Shown: positions 34,635 through 36,124 of the stretch, piece after piece
Position numbering within the stretch: position 1 is the stretch's first letter
Layout of the letters: every line of letters starts with the position of its first letter
Translations under genes and position numbers: made by a program
Origin: a virus
Taxonomy: Duplodnaviria; Caudoviricetes
Length of the DNA stretch: 36,124 nucleotides
IMG/VR virus record: IMGVR_UViG_3300032290_000494
Span: 1 to 36,124 of that record
Strand: one strand, 5' to 3'
Notes under the pieces: model-generated
Told to the model about the DNA's origin: nothing
Seen by the model: the letters and a program-made list of their open reading frames with translations, nothing else
Database searches by the model: none

Positions 34635-35195
34635 TCATAATAGGTCGTCTAAGTCCGAGATGTCTGCGGACGGACGCTCCGTTGCAGTGAACTCGTCAGC
34701 AGCGGACAGACGGCCGTCCATACGTTGACCGTCACCCACCTTTTGAAGATTGCCCAGAGAGAACGCAACGCCGTTGTTGCCGTTCACGCTGTACGCATAT
34801 GCGCGCAGCGAGGCACGGACCTTCGCACCGGGGTAGATTTCTTTAGGGTCTGTAATCGGAGCGGGCTTGCCGTTCTCGCCAGCAAACTTGCTGACAACAC
34901 CGGGGGCCTGCTTCGACTTGACGTTCATGAAGACCGAGCCTTCTGGATAGCCCTTCTCTTCGCCGTCGTTGCGGAAAGGCATACGGATTTTGCCGCCTTC
35001 CATCAACGATTTAGTCTTGTCTCCCCACTTCTCCTTGGCCACAGCAGCGGCCGTCGCCTTGAGTTCGGACATGTCAGTGCCGTCAGGGAATACAAGGCAG
35101 CAAGAATAAACTGGCTCGCTTGCACCCGGAGGTGTCTGCGGTTCGAACACATGCGGATAAGAGATGATTGCTTCTGGTGTAATAACTTTTGACAT
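34635..35195 (-). CDS. ssb: DUF2815 single-stranded DNA-binding protein
   Basis: SYPHVFEP, PFRNDG, EIYPG, NNGVAFSLGNLQK and an acidic tail; SD aagga before ATG 35195. Confidence 0.88.
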   Translation of the reverse strand: MSKVITPEAIISYPHVFEPQTPPGASEPVYSCCLVFPDGTDMSELKATAAAVAKEKWGDKTKSLMEGGKIRMPFRNDGEEKGYPEGSVFMNVKSKQAPGVVSKFAGENGKPAPITDPKEIYPGAKVRASLRAYAYSVNGNNGVAFSLGNLQKVGDGQRMDGRLSAADEFTATERPSADISDLDDLL

Positions 35196-35205
35196 CGGTA
35201 ATTCC

Positions 35206-36124
35206 TTATTCAACGGTGAAATCGTCTGCCGCCAACGAGGCGACAGCCGGGCGGTTATCTGTATCAGCGACCATTGATGTGCCGGATGATACAGCTATGA
35301 CGAGCGATGCGGGCAGGTTCTTCTTGCCCACGACACGCTCGATCTGCGGTGGCGACTTCAACTTCTTTTCATAGATGTCGTCGTCATCGAGACCTTCTTC
35401 TGTGGCCCAAGCCACAAACTCTTCTTCAACACGCCAGCGGCGGGTCGGTCGTTTTTCCACCAGCTTGTAGCCGGGAAGCGCCCCACCCGTTTCCAACAAA
35501 GTATTGGCGTGGCGGCGCAAAGACTTGATCCACTCTTCAATCAGCGGAACCCTTTGCAGATAGTCCGCAACTTCCTGTGGAGATAGGTCATTGACGGTTC
35601 GTACTGTACCGAACTCGTCTTGTGCAACCTCAAGGGCGTTGTTGCGCAGGGCCGAACAGGTTCCTGCTGCCAGACAAAACTTGCAGTGATCGCCAGAGAT
35701 GCGCGGTGCATCCGGCTTTAAGGCTGCGTGCGCTGCGTCAATAAGTTCTGTGCCGTAGTCCAATATGTCGTCACGGCTGTAGCTGTACTCCCGCACTGGC
35801 CCATCGGGGTGCATGGCGCGTGGTTGTATAACGACCGTTATAACTTTATTGACCGGAGCCTTCTCGCCAATCTCCAATATGCCTCCGAGCGCATAATATT
35901 TAAGCTGCTCGTTGTCCGCGACTTCGACCGCAACGCCTTGGCCATGCTTATAGTCAATGACGTAAAGCGTTCCGCTCTCTTTGCCGTAGATGATGCAGTC
36001 GGCCGTGCCGAACATCGGCATGGGCGGATCAAGTTTGTCGAGGCTGAAGCGTTTCTCATAGCGGCAAATGCTTGGTTCCGATGCGGCCACATCTCGGATG
36101 TAGTCAATGTAGACCTGCACCGCA
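35206..36124 (-). CDS. DUF2800 Cas4-like nuclease, C-terminal part (begins at 350 across the junction)
   Basis: FGTAD, IDYKHGQG, QLKYYALG, HCKFC...C and PGYKLVE. Confidence 0.9.
   Translation of the reverse strand, partial: AVQVYIDYIRDVAASEPSICRYEKRFSLDKLDPPMPMFGTADCIIYGKESGTLYVIDYKHGQGVAVEVADNEQLKYYALGGILEIGEKAPVNKVITVVIQPRAMHPDGPVREYSYSRDDILDYGTELIDAAHAALKPDAPRISGDHCKFCLAAGTCSALRNNALEVAQDEFGTVRTVNDLSPQEVADYLQRVPLIEEWIKSLRRHANTLLETGGALPGYKLVEKRPTRRWRVEEEFVAWATEEGLDDDDIYEKKLKSPPQIERVVGKKNLPASLVIAVSSGTSMVADTDNRPAVASLAADDFTVE
36002..36124. repeat. Terminal direct repeat, copy 2 (identical to 1-123)
   Basis: Exact match to the window start. Confidence 0.95.

Noticed and set aside
36002-36124. 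123-bp terminal repeat as a biological direct terminal repeat
   Set aside because: It falls mid-gene and the gene reads through the junction, which is typical of assembler overlap on a circular contig.
35206-36124. Cas4-like gene as part of a CRISPR-Cas system
   Set aside because: The DUF2800-DUF2815-PolA grouping is a standard phage replication module, and no array is present.
1-36124. tRNA/rRNA genes or stop-codon reassignment
   Set aside because: No cloverleaf or rRNA-like sequence was recognised by eye, and genes are full length under the standard code, using TAA, TGA and TAG as stops.

Overview
This window is a complete, circularly assembled tailed-phage genome of about 36,001 bp; bases 1-123 are repeated at 36002-36124. 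It looks podovirus-like, probably with an alphaproteobacterial host (inference). Replication genes are a family A DNA polymerase, a DUF2800 Cas4-like nuclease, a DUF2815 SSB, a primase-polymerase/SF3 helicase, an SNF2-type helicase and a RuvC-like resolvase. A leftward operon of small genes ends in the terminase small subunit. A serine recombinase overlaps the terminase large subunit, followed by portal, scaffold, capsid, tail, lysis and ejection genes. The standout feature is a 285-aa intein in polymerase motif B with no endonuclease in its own frame; a complete HNH endonuclease is instead encoded inside it, on the same strand in the -1 frame, with both frames open. Other observations: a symmetric iteron/palindrome array (candidate origin), a candidate sRNA with anti-Shine-Dalgarno loops, TonB-box-like motifs in putative virion proteins, nucleotide-identical junctions between tail-fibre modules, terS displaced within a segment bounded by short inverted repeats, and scarcity of GANTC. 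All family assignments are from motif recognition by eye; no database search was run.
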